Assembly (NCBI GenBank): GCA_963737035.1
Contig: CAVTRJ010000016.1
Span: 47,783-111,782 of the forward strand
DNA from: an uncultured Acidobacteriaceae bacterium
Lineage (GTDB): Bacteria; Acidobacteriota; Terriglobia; Terriglobales; Acidobacteriaceae
DNA length: 64,000 nt
Direction of reading: 5' to 3'
Shown here: one piece after another, positions 18,524-26,755 of the stretch
How positions within the stretch are numbered: position 1 is the stretch's first letter
Layout: the number at the start of each line of letters is the position of its first letter
Notes under the pieces: generated by a model
The model's database searches: none
What the model was told of the DNA's origin: nothing
The model's input: the letters and a program-made list of their open reading frames with translations, nothing else
Translations under genes and position numbers: made by a program

Positions 18524-21500
18524 ATGCAGGGAATCAGGATGGCATTGGGACGTATGTGGCGTGTTGCCGTGTCCGCGACGGCAGTTTCACTGCTGCTCGC
18601 GGCAGGGCTGTCATCGGGGCCGCGGGCCTTGGGCCAGGCAACGACGGCAACCCTGGTAGGAACGGTGACAGACACCTCGGGCGCGGCGCTGAATAACGCC
18701 ACGGTCACGATCACGAATCAGAACACGGGGCAGACCTACACCCATCAGACAAACGAGAGCGGGAATTACGAGTTCACGCTGCTGCCGCCCGGAGTGTATT
18801 CGGTGCAGGTCGCCGATCAGGGGTTTGCCAACTCCGTGACCAAGGGTGTGCAGGCGACGGTGAATACGACCAACCGCACCGATGTGAAGCTGAATCCCGG
18901 CGGCGCCTCGCAGACGGTGACGGTGACGGACATGGCGCCGGCGCTGCAGACCGATCGCGCGGATGTGAGCCAGCAGATCGAGGCCAAGCAAGTAAGCGAT
19001 CTGCCGGTGGGCAACAGCCGCAACTTCCAGGCGCTGGAGTCGCTGGTGCCGGGAGTGAGCGCGCCGATTTATGACCACTCCGTATTTTTCGATGCGCAGA
19101 ATTCGCAATCCTTCCAGGTGAACGGCCAGGCGGAGCTGGCGAACAACCTGCAACTGGAGGGCATTGACGACAACGAGCGCACCGGTTTGCTGCAGGTGTA
19201 CATACCGCCGGCAGCGGCGATCCAGACGGTGGACGTGGAGACGAGCAACTATGCGCCGGAGTTTGGCCGCGCGGCAGGTGCAGTGACCAACGTGGTGCTG
19301 AAGTCCGGGACCAATCAGTTCCATGGCTCGGCATATGAGTTCAACGAGGTAAGCACGACCGGCGCGCGCAGCTACTTCAACAACACGGGAAAGTTTCCGC
19401 GCTTTACCAACAACTACTATGGCGCGACCATCGGCGGGCCGATCATCAAGGACCGGACGTTCTTCTTCGGCGACTTCCTGCGCTACAGCAACCACCAGAG
19501 CCAGTTTCAGCAGACCACGGTGCCCACCGCGGCGTTCCGCAGCGGCGACCTGAGCGGGAGCCCGACAGCGATCTACGATCCGGCGACGGGCAATGCAGAT
19601 GGCACCGGCCGGACGCAGTTTGCCGGTAATCAGATTTCGCCGACGCGGTTTAGTCCAGTGGCTGTGGCGATTCTGAACCTGGTGCCGCTGCCGAACGTTC
19701 CCGGCGCGGGAACGGCGAACAACTACCAGCAAAACCTGGGCTTTGATCAGGACTCGACGCAGTTCGATGTGAAGTTCGATCAACGGCTGCGTGCGGAAGA
19801 CCACCTGACCTATCGCTACAGCTGGCAACGGGTGACGACATTCCAGCAGCCGTTCTTCGGCGCGGCGGGTGGACCGATTGGCGGCGGCTTCCAAGGAACG
19901 GGGACAAACACGACTTACAACACCGCGGGCGAATATACGCATGTGTTTTCGCCGCGCCTTTTGACCGCGGTGCGGGTGGGCGTGAACCACTACAAGAATA
20001 CGGCGCGGCAGACCGACTACGGCACGGATGCTTCGAATGCGATTGGGATTCCGGGCGTGAATGTGAGCGCGTTCACCAGCGGGCTGGCGGGGATCAGCAT
20101 TCCGGGCTACGCGGGCGCGACGCTGACCGGCACGAGTCCGCTGGTGGGTTACAGCGCAAGCATTCCGTGGGACCGCGGCGAGAGCAACATCGACGCGGCA
20201 AACAACTGGAACTACATCCTGGGCAATCATTCGCTGAAGTTTGGCTTTGAGATTCGGCGGGTCCGCGACAACCTGACCCAGGGACAGACCTATTCGCCGC
20301 GCGGCATCTTCGAATATGCGGAGGGACAGACGGGGCTGAACGCGCCGGGGCAGAAGACGAGCTTCGGCAATGACTTCGCCAGCTTCCTGCTGGACGTGCC
20401 GAACCTGGTAGGGCGCGATGTGAATGTCGGCTCCGGTTCGTGGCGGCAGACACTCTACTTTGCCTATGCGCAGGACACCTGGGAGGCGACGCACAAACTA
20501 ACGCTGACCTATGGGCTGCGCTGGGAGTTCTATCCACCGGCCAATCCTGATCGCAAGGGCGGCTTCTCGCAATACAATCCGGCGGACAATACGCTGCACG
20601 TGTCCGGTTATGGTGCGGTGCCCGACGATCTGGGGCTGCCGGTGCGCTGGGCGAACTTTGAGCCGCGTGTGGGCGCCGCGTATCGCGCCAGTGCGCGCAC
20701 GGTGGTGCGGGCGGGATTCGGCATCAGCCACACGCCCTTCCAGGACAATAACTACGCATTCAATTATCCGGTGCGGCAGAACGTGTCCTTCAATTCCACC
20801 AGCAGCTATCTGCCCGCGGTGCGCACGGACGGATCGATTGCGACGCTCGAGAACGGATTTCCCCCGGCGCCGCAGGTAGCGATCCCCGACAACGGGATTA
20901 TTCCCAATGCGCCGCTGAGTTCCTCCTGGAACGTTGTGAATCCGGATTACAAAGACCCCTATGTGATGAGTTACAACGTGGCGCTGCAGCAGGACTTCGG
21001 CCACGGATGGGTGGCGGACTTTGCGTATGTGGGCAACGAGGGACGGCACGTTCCGGCGTACTACAACATCAACGCCGGCTTGGTGGCGGGCGCAGGCTCG
21101 GCGGGGCAGCCGGAGTATGCGACATTCAAACGCACGGCGACCACCAACATCATGGCGTATGGCACCAACAGCGATTACAACGGCCTGCAGGTGAAAGCAA
21201 CCCGACGCTTCCAGAACGGGTTGAGCTGGACCAGCGGTTTAGCGTTTCAGAAATCGATGGGCTATATCTCTTCGACGACTGGACTGGACAGCTTTCACTT
21301 CTATCTCGACCCCCGCCGTGACTATGCCCCGACCAACTGGGACCGCAGGTTCACTTACAGCCAGAGCGTTATCTATGAGCTGCCATTCGGCAAGGACAGG
21401 ACATGGCTGCAGCAGGGAATTGGCGCAGCGTTGCTCGGTGGCTGGCAGACGAGCGCAGTGTGGAGCGCCGACACCGGACAGCCGCTCTTCCTGACGGCGA

Positions 21501-21886
21501 GCGCCAACAGCCTGAATGCGCCGGGCAATACGCAGGTGCCAGACCAGATCTCGTCCTTCCATAAGCTGGGTTCGATCGGCGCCGGCAAGCTTTGGTTCGA
21601 CAAGAGCGCCTTTGTGCAGCCGACGACCGCAGCATATGGCAACACGCCGAAGAATGGTTTTCGTGGACCGGGGCTGACCACCTTCGACGCGTCGCTGTCG
21701 CGCAGCATCCCTTTGCACGAGGCAATCGCAGTGCAACTGCGCGCGGATGCGTACAACGCGCTGAACCATCCGAACTTTGCGAACCCAGGCGTGAGTTTGA
21801 CGAGTACGAACTTTGGACAGGTGACGGGGACGGTTTCGGGGTATGCGCCGCGAGCGTTGAATTTTGCGGCGACGTTGTCGTTTTGA
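18524..21886 (+). CDS. TonB-dependent outer-membrane receptor with N-terminal carboxypeptidase-regulatory-like domain
   Basis: The ATG at 18524 is preceded by GGGAGG. A signal peptide is followed by TLVGTVTDTSGAALNNATVTITN...GNYEFTLLPPGVYSV (CarboxypepD_reg) and a long beta-barrel ending in the terminal aromatic ...ATLSF. Confidence 0.85.
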   Translation: MQGIRMALGRMWRVAVSATAVSLLLAAGLSSGPRALGQATTATLVGTVTDTSGAALNNATVTITNQNTGQTYTHQTNESGNYEFTLLPPGVYSVQVADQGFANSVTKGVQATVNTTNRTDVKLNPGGASQTVTVTDMAPALQTDRADVSQQIEAKQVSDLPVGNSRNFQALESLVPGVSAPIYDHSVFFDAQNSQSFQVNGQAELANNLQLEGIDDNERTGLLQVYIPPAAAIQTVDVETSNYAPEFGRAAGAVTNVVLKSGTNQFHGSAYEFNEVSTTGARSYFNNTGKFPRFTNNYYGATIGGPIIKDRTFFFGDFLRYSNHQSQFQQTTVPTAAFRSGDLSGSPTAIYDPATGNADGTGRTQFAGNQISPTRFSPVAVAILNLVPLPNVPGAGTANNYQQNLGFDQDSTQFDVKFDQRLRAEDHLTYRYSWQRVTTFQQPFFGAAGGPIGGGFQGTGTNTTYNTAGEYTHVFSPRLLTAVRVGVNHYKNTARQTDYGTDASNAIGIPGVNVSAFTSGLAGISIPGYAGATLTGTSPLVGYSASIPWDRGESNIDAANNWNYILGNHSLKFGFEIRRVRDNLTQGQTYSPRGIFEYAEGQTGLNAPGQKTSFGNDFASFLLDVPNLVGRDVNVGSGSWRQTLYFAYAQDTWEATHKLTLTYGLRWEFYPPANPDRKGGFSQYNPADNTLHVSGYGAVPDDLGLPVRWANFEPRVGAAYRASARTVVRAGFGISHTPFQDNNYAFNYPVRQNVSFNSTSSYLPAVRTDGSIATLENGFPPAPQVAIPDNGIIPNAPLSSSWNVVNPDYKDPYVMSYNVALQQDFGHGWVADFAYVGNEGRHVPAYYNINAGLVAGAGSAGQPEYATFKRTATTNIMAYGTNSDYNGLQVKATRRFQNGLSWTSGLAFQKSMGYISSTTGLDSFHFYLDPRRDYAPTNWDRRFTYSQSVIYELPFGKDRTWLQQGIGAALLGGWQTSAVWSADTGQPLFLTASANSLNAPGNTQVPDQISSFHKLGSIGAGKLWFDKSAFVQPTTAAYGNTPKNGFRGPGLTTFDASLSRSIPLHEAIAVQLRADAYNALNHPNFANPGVSLTSTNFGQVTGTVSGYAPRALNFAATLSF

Positions 21887-22082
21887 CGGTGCTTGCCGCA
21901 GCGGGCGGAAGCGCGTGTGGCGGGTTCGCTTCCTTTGTTCGCTCACGTTCAATATCGCGGGCGACTGGCTTTGCTCCATTCCGGGGGGCACCGTTTGGGG
22001 TGACCAAGCGGGTGTAGGATGGGCCGTTGGGGAATCGTTTACTTATTGGAGTTTTGCAGCAGCTAATGGGCTGGAGGTGGGG

Positions 22083-23060
22083 ATGGATGTAACGCGAAGG
22101 CGGTTGCTGGCGGGGCTGGCGACAGCGAGTGCGGCGAGTGTGTGCTCGCCACTGTTGCAGAAGGCCGCGGCGGAGCTGACCGGGCCGTCGCGATTGTATC
22201 CGCCGATGGACCTTTCGCTGTTCGATACGCCGGTGCATCGCGGCCCGTGGGATCTGCGGGTGGGATACGCGGCGATCACCTGGGGCAGCAATATCGATCA
22301 GGCCATCGAACAGATTTCAGCTGCGGGGTATCCGGGGATCCAACTGCTGAGAAATGTGCTCCAGGCGCATCCCGATCCGAAGACGCTGGAGGCAGCGCTG
22401 TCTGCGCACAAGCTGACCTTTGTGGCGTTGTCCAGCGGAGGGACGCAGCTTGATCCGGCGAAAGAAAAAGAGATGCTGGAGGAGCACGCACAGCATGCGA
22501 AGTATCTGCAGGCGGCGGGGGGGAAATATCTGCAGGTGATTGGCGCGGACAATCCGAAGAATGCTGCGGCGAACTGGACTGCCGCGGATTACAAGCGGCA
22601 GGGCTACTTGCTGACGGAGATTGGCAAGCGCGCGGCGGAGTACGGTGTCCAGACAGGATTTCACAATCACATGAACACGATCGGGCAGGCGCCGGAGGCG
22701 ACGGACGCAATCCTGGACGCGGCTGATCCGAAGTACGTGAAGCTGGAGCTGGATGTGGCGCATTACCTTCAGGGCGGCGGAGACCCCGCGGCGGCGGTGC
22801 GCAAATACAAGCGGCGTTTGCTGTTCCTGCATTTGAAAGATACAAAGCCGTCGTCAAGTGCGCGTGGTGGTTACGCATTCGCCGAACTGGGGCAGGGACG
22901 CGTGGACTTCAAGGCGCTGCTGGCCGCGCTCGAAGAGACGCACTTCCGCGGCTGGGGCATTGTGGAGCTGGATGGGGAACGGCCGGGATCGACGCGAACA
23001 CCGGAGGAGAGCGCGCGCATGAGCAAGCAGTATCTGGAATCACTGGGGGTGCGGGTATGA
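22083..23060 (+). CDS. Tat-signal xylose-isomerase-like TIM-barrel protein (sugar phosphate isomerase/epimerase family)
   Basis: The start MDVTRRRLLAGLATASAASV carries a twin-arginine signal. The metal-ligand-like motifs GFHNH, ELDVAH and LHLKD are typical of the PF01261 family. The stop overlaps the next start (ATGA at 23057). Confidence 0.75.
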   Translation: MDVTRRRLLAGLATASAASVCSPLLQKAAAELTGPSRLYPPMDLSLFDTPVHRGPWDLRVGYAAITWGSNIDQAIEQISAAGYPGIQLLRNVLQAHPDPKTLEAALSAHKLTFVALSSGGTQLDPAKEKEMLEEHAQHAKYLQAAGGKYLQVIGADNPKNAAANWTAADYKRQGYLLTEIGKRAAEYGVQTGFHNHMNTIGQAPEATDAILDAADPKYVKLELDVAHYLQGGGDPAAAVRKYKRRLLFLHLKDTKPSSSARGGYAFAELGQGRVDFKALLAALEETHFRGWGIVELDGERPGSTRTPEESARMSKQYLESLGVRV

Positions 23061-23938
23061 GCGGCTGCCCGTTCCGGCTGGCGGTGATCAACGACGAGAT
23101 CACGCAGGATTTTGAGAAGGCGTGCTCAATTGCGGCGAAGGATTTTGGACTGAGCTGGATCGAGCTGAGGGGGATGTGGAACAAGAACATCACCGAGCTG
23201 GACCAAAAGGAAGTAGCGGAAGCGCGGAAGATCCTGGAAGCGCATCGGCTGCGCGTGACGGATATCGCGAGTCCGCTCTTTAAGGTGGACTGGCCGGGTG
23301 CGCCGCTTTCGAAGCTGAGCGAGAAGCGCGATCAATTTCATGCGGACTTCGACATGAGTGCGCAGGACAAGCTGCTGGAGCGATGCATCCAGTTGGCGAA
23401 GGCGTTTCAGACGGATCGCATCCGGTGCTTCGACTTCTGGCGGCTGGAGGACCAGAAGCCGTATCGCGCGGCAATGGACCAGAAGCTGCGCGAAGCGGCG
23501 GCCCGATGCGAGAAGGATGGATTGATCCTGCTGCTGGAAAACGAGATGAGCTGCAACACGGCGACGGGCGCGGAGTCGAAAAGGACACTCGCGGCGGTTA
23601 CGAATAAGAACTTCATGCTGAATTGGGATCCGGGCAATGCGGCGGCGATCGGGGAGTATCCGTACAGCAAGGGATTTGATCTGCTGCCGAAGGCGCGCAT
23701 TGGCCACTGCCACGCGAAGGATGTGGTGGAGCAGGGCGGCGGCAAGCACGCGTGGGCGCCGGTGGGCGATGGCGTGGTGGGATGGCCGGGGCAGATTCGG
23801 GATTTTGTGAAGATGCGCTACCACTATGCGATCAGTCTGGAGACGCATTGGCGCGGCGCGGGAACGCCGGAGGCGTCGACGCGGGTGAGCATGGCGGGAT
23901 TGAAGAAGGTGCTGGCGGGGGCGGGTGTGCAGTGCTGA
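23057..23938 (+). CDS. Xylose-isomerase-like TIM-barrel protein without signal peptide
   Basis: The 293-aa protein contains WIELRGMW, LLLENE, NWDPGN, HCHAKD and SLETHW, which resemble the AP-endonuclease-2/xylose-isomerase-like TIM-barrel ligand pattern. Confidence 0.75.
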   Translation: MSGCPFRLAVINDEITQDFEKACSIAAKDFGLSWIELRGMWNKNITELDQKEVAEARKILEAHRLRVTDIASPLFKVDWPGAPLSKLSEKRDQFHADFDMSAQDKLLERCIQLAKAFQTDRIRCFDFWRLEDQKPYRAAMDQKLREAAARCEKDGLILLLENEMSCNTATGAESKRTLAAVTNKNFMLNWDPGNAAAIGEYPYSKGFDLLPKARIGHCHAKDVVEQGGGKHAWAPVGDGVVGWPGQIRDFVKMRYHYAISLETHWRGAGTPEASTRVSMAGLKKVLAGAGVQC

Positions 23939-24044
23939 CGGGTGCTGGCCGCACGGGCACTTGCGCCTGCGGCGCGGACAGCGGGGTTCGCTCCGTTGTC
24001 GCTCACGATGAGATTCGCGGGCGGACGAACGAGCTGCAGGGTTT

Positions 24045-24064
24045 TTCGCTTTGCTCAGGATGAC
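24045..24064. repeat. Copy of dispersed intergenic motif TTCGCTTTGCTCAGGATGAC
   Basis: Read from the sequence in the spacer between the second TIM-barrel gene and the first Gfo/Idh/MocA gene. Confidence 0.5.
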
Positions 24065-24087
24065 GGGCTTATGAAGAGGAGAGATTG

Positions 24088-25329
24088 ATGACGACACGGC
24101 GGGAGTTTCTGGGGCAGGCGGGCATGGGGTTGGCACTGGCGGCGTCGCTGCCCACGGCGCGGGCGCTGGGCGCGAACGATCGCATCCGGTTTGGATTGAT
24201 TGGTGCGGGCGATCGCGGCACGGAAGATCTGAAGAATGCGCTGAAGCAGGCGAACGTGGAGTGCGTGGCGGTGGCGGACATTTACAGCCGGCGGCGCGAC
24301 ATGGTGAAGCAACTCGTGCCGAACGCGACGTTGTATGACGATCCGATGAAGCTGCTGGAGAGCAAGGATGTCGATGCGGTGATCAACGCGACACCGTTGC
24401 ATCTGCACACAAAGTATTTTGTGGCGGCGTTGCAGGCGGGGAAGGATTTGTACTCCGAGAAGACGATGACGTGGGATATTCCCGGTGCGGTGGAGTGCAA
24501 GAAGGCGGCGGCGGCGTCAAAGCAAGTGGTGCAGATTGGTTTGCAGCACGAGAGTTCGGGCGAGCTGAAGGATGCGTTGCGCTGGATCAAGGATGGGAAG
24601 GTCGGCAAGGTGTGCAGCGTGGACGCGTGGATGAGCCGCAACACGCCGATCGGCAAAGGGCAGTGGGTGCGGCCGGTGCCCTCGGATTGCAATCCGGACC
24701 ACTTGAACTGGAATCTGTTTCTGGATGGACGGAAAGAGCCGGAGTTCGACGGCTTCAAGTTCATCAACTGGCGTTTGTTCTGGGAGTTTTCCGGCGGCAA
24801 CGTGACAGAGAACATGGTGCACCAGATTGCGTGGATCATCACGGCGCTCGATCTGGACCTGCCGCAGGCTGCCTCGATGATGGGCGGCGTGTTTTCGGAG
24901 AAGGACCGGCGGCAGGTGCCGGACACGATCATGGCGTCGCTGGAATATCCGGACATGCTGGTGAACTGGCAGTCGACCTTCAGCAACAGCCGCTATGGGC
25001 TGGGCGAACATTTCCTGGGCGACAAGGGAACGATTGAGCATGTGTCGGGCTCGAATGACATGGTCACGGGACGGTCGGTCTCGTCGATTACGTATCTTCC
25101 GGAGAAGATCAACAATCCGGGGGCCTCGGCCGAAAAAGGTGAGTCGAAGGATACGGACCACATGGCGAACTGGTTTGAGTGCATTCGCGATCGCAAGACG
25201 CCGAATGCTTCCGTCGATATTGGCTACAAGTCGGCAATCGCCGCGCACATGTCGAATCTTGCATACCGCCAGAAGCGGCGCATCACGCTGGAGGAGGCGA
25301 TGGCGACGAAGATGGATGCGTATTTGTAG
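24088..25329 (+). CDS. Tat-exported Gfo/Idh/MocA-family NAD(P)-dependent oxidoreductase (GH109 / glycoside 3-dehydrogenase-like)
   Basis: The ATG at 24088 is preceded by GAAGAGGAGAG. The Tat signal MTTRREFLGQAGMGLALAA is followed by the Rossmann motif FGLIGAGDRG. Confidence 0.8.
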   Translation: MTTRREFLGQAGMGLALAASLPTARALGANDRIRFGLIGAGDRGTEDLKNALKQANVECVAVADIYSRRRDMVKQLVPNATLYDDPMKLLESKDVDAVINATPLHLHTKYFVAALQAGKDLYSEKTMTWDIPGAVECKKAAAASKQVVQIGLQHESSGELKDALRWIKDGKVGKVCSVDAWMSRNTPIGKGQWVRPVPSDCNPDHLNWNLFLDGRKEPEFDGFKFINWRLFWEFSGGNVTENMVHQIAWIITALDLDLPQAASMMGGVFSEKDRRQVPDTIMASLEYPDMLVNWQSTFSNSRYGLGEHFLGDKGTIEHVSGSNDMVTGRSVSSITYLPEKINNPGASAEKGESKDTDHMANWFECIRDRKTPNASVDIGYKSAIAAHMSNLAYRQKRRITLEEAMATKMDAYL

Positions 25330-25442
25330 GAACCCGTGAGTCCGGCTGATTGGAGACGGTGGTGGACTTTGTTTGTATTCCATCCTAGCTGCGCCAGGAC
25401 GGGGCACCGATTCTGGTGGTGACGCGGATAAACTCCAGGTTC

Positions 25443-25462
25443 TTCGCTTCGTTCAGGATGAC
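25443..25462. repeat. Copy of dispersed intergenic motif TTCGCTTCGTTCAGGATGAC (its ATG is the likely apbE start)
   Basis: Read from the sequence. The reverse complement GTCATCCTGAACGAAGCGAA is the same unit as at 24045 and 26581. Confidence 0.55.
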
Positions 25463-26480
25463 AGTGTGTAGTTTTCGTAGGCCGTTATCGCTGCTCGCAT
25501 GGTTGGCGGTGCTGATAGCGGCTTGTACCGCTCAGGACAATGCCACTACCAGTCTCCAGCTCTACACGCGGGTGCATCCTGCGATGGGGACGGACTTCAC
25601 CCTCTATATCTATGCGGCCGATGCTGGCGCGGCGGATCGTGAGGCGGATCGCGTCTTCGCTATCGTCGATCAGCTCGAGTCATTGCTGAGCAACTATCAG
25701 CCGCAGAGTGAGCTTTCGCGGATCAACCGCGAAGCCGCGAGTCATGCAGTGACTACCGATCCGGAGACATTCCGCTTTCTGAAGGTATCGCTTGGGTGGA
25801 GTGCGCGTTCCGACGGCGCCTTCGATATTACGGTTGGAAGACTGATGAAGGCCTGGGGATTTTTCCGCAGCACGGGTCATGTGCCGAGCGATGCGGAGCT
25901 GGCGCGAGTGCGCGCGGAGACGGGCTGGAGGCGCGTGGTGCTGGACGCGGGCGCGCGGACGGTGCGCTTCACGGCGCCGGGCGTGGAGCTCGATCCGGGC
26001 GGCATCGGCAAAGGCTTTGCGGTGGATGCCGCGGTGGATGCGATGCGCGCCGATGGTGTGCACGCTGCGTTGCTTTCGGCTGGCTCGAGCACCATCTACG
26101 GATTGGGCGCGCCTCCGGAGTCCGCAGGGTGGAAGGTGCGTGTGCCCGATCCGCAGCATAAGGGTGACGCGATTTCGACGGTGACGCTGCGCGACACGTC
26201 GCTCTCCACGGCAAATTGTTCGGAGAAGCACTTCGTTGCGGGTGGACACCAGTACTGCCACATTATGGATCCGCGAACGCTGCGGCCGGTGGAGGGGCGG
26301 CTGCAGGCGACGGTGATTGCGCCTTTGGCGACGGACAGCGATGCGTTGTCGAATGTGATGTTCGTGTTGGATGCAGCGGGGCGCAAGCGGGTGATGGCGA
26401 CGTTGCCGCAGCCGGATGCGGCGCTGGTGGTGCTTGCGGGTGGGGTGAAAGAGAAATATAGATGGGGATCTGCCATGTAG
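25458..26480 (+). CDS. apbE: FAD:protein FMN transferase (ApbE), lipoprotein
   Basis: The lipobox is LAVLIAAC. Other motifs are MGT.F..YIY, the ApbE signature DPGGIGKGFAVD, and HIMDPRT. The ORF could start at the GTG at 25416. Confidence 0.85.
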   Translation: MTVCSFRRPLSLLAWLAVLIAACTAQDNATTSLQLYTRVHPAMGTDFTLYIYAADAGAADREADRVFAIVDQLESLLSNYQPQSELSRINREAASHAVTTDPETFRFLKVSLGWSARSDGAFDITVGRLMKAWGFFRSTGHVPSDAELARVRAETGWRRVVLDAGARTVRFTAPGVELDPGGIGKGFAVDAAVDAMRADGVHAALLSAGSSTIYGLGAPPESAGWKVRVPDPQHKGDAISTVTLRDTSLSTANCSEKHFVAGGHQYCHIMDPRTLRPVEGRLQATVIAPLATDSDALSNVMFVLDAAGRKRVMATLPQPDAALVVLAGGVKEKYRWGSAM

Positions 26481-26552
26481 GCGGCGCGCTAGGTGAGCTC
26501 CTCCCGATGGTCGCTCGCGAGAGGTTTTACGGATGATCCAGAGAAACTGCAG

Positions 26553-26600
26553 ATCCCTTCGACAAGCTCAGGGCAGGCTCTTCGCCGTGCTCAGGATGAC
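26553..26600. repeat. REP-like element ...CCCTTCGACAAGCTCAGGGCAGGCTCTTCGCCGTGCTCAGGATGAC
   Basis: This is the longest copy of the intergenic motif. A second degenerate copy lies at 26662..26685. Confidence 0.55.
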
Positions 26601-26755
26601 ATCTCAATATTAAATGTTGTGGTGGCGGCGCTGGCGAAAAGCAGGTCTCTCCACTGCGCGGCTTCGCCGCTCCGGCCGAGATGACGAGGATATGGGGCTT
26701 CGACGATCCGGTCGATGGCAAGTTTTATGTTGTAGTGGATTAAGGAGTGGATGAA

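Noticed and set aside
18611-20494. A 627-aa ORF on the minus strand, plus several other ORFs of 80-250 aa, inside the first TonB receptor gene.
   Set aside because: It is antisense to a gene with clear family signatures. The product is Arg/His/Pro/Ala-rich with no motifs, the typical shadow ORF of GC-rich DNA.
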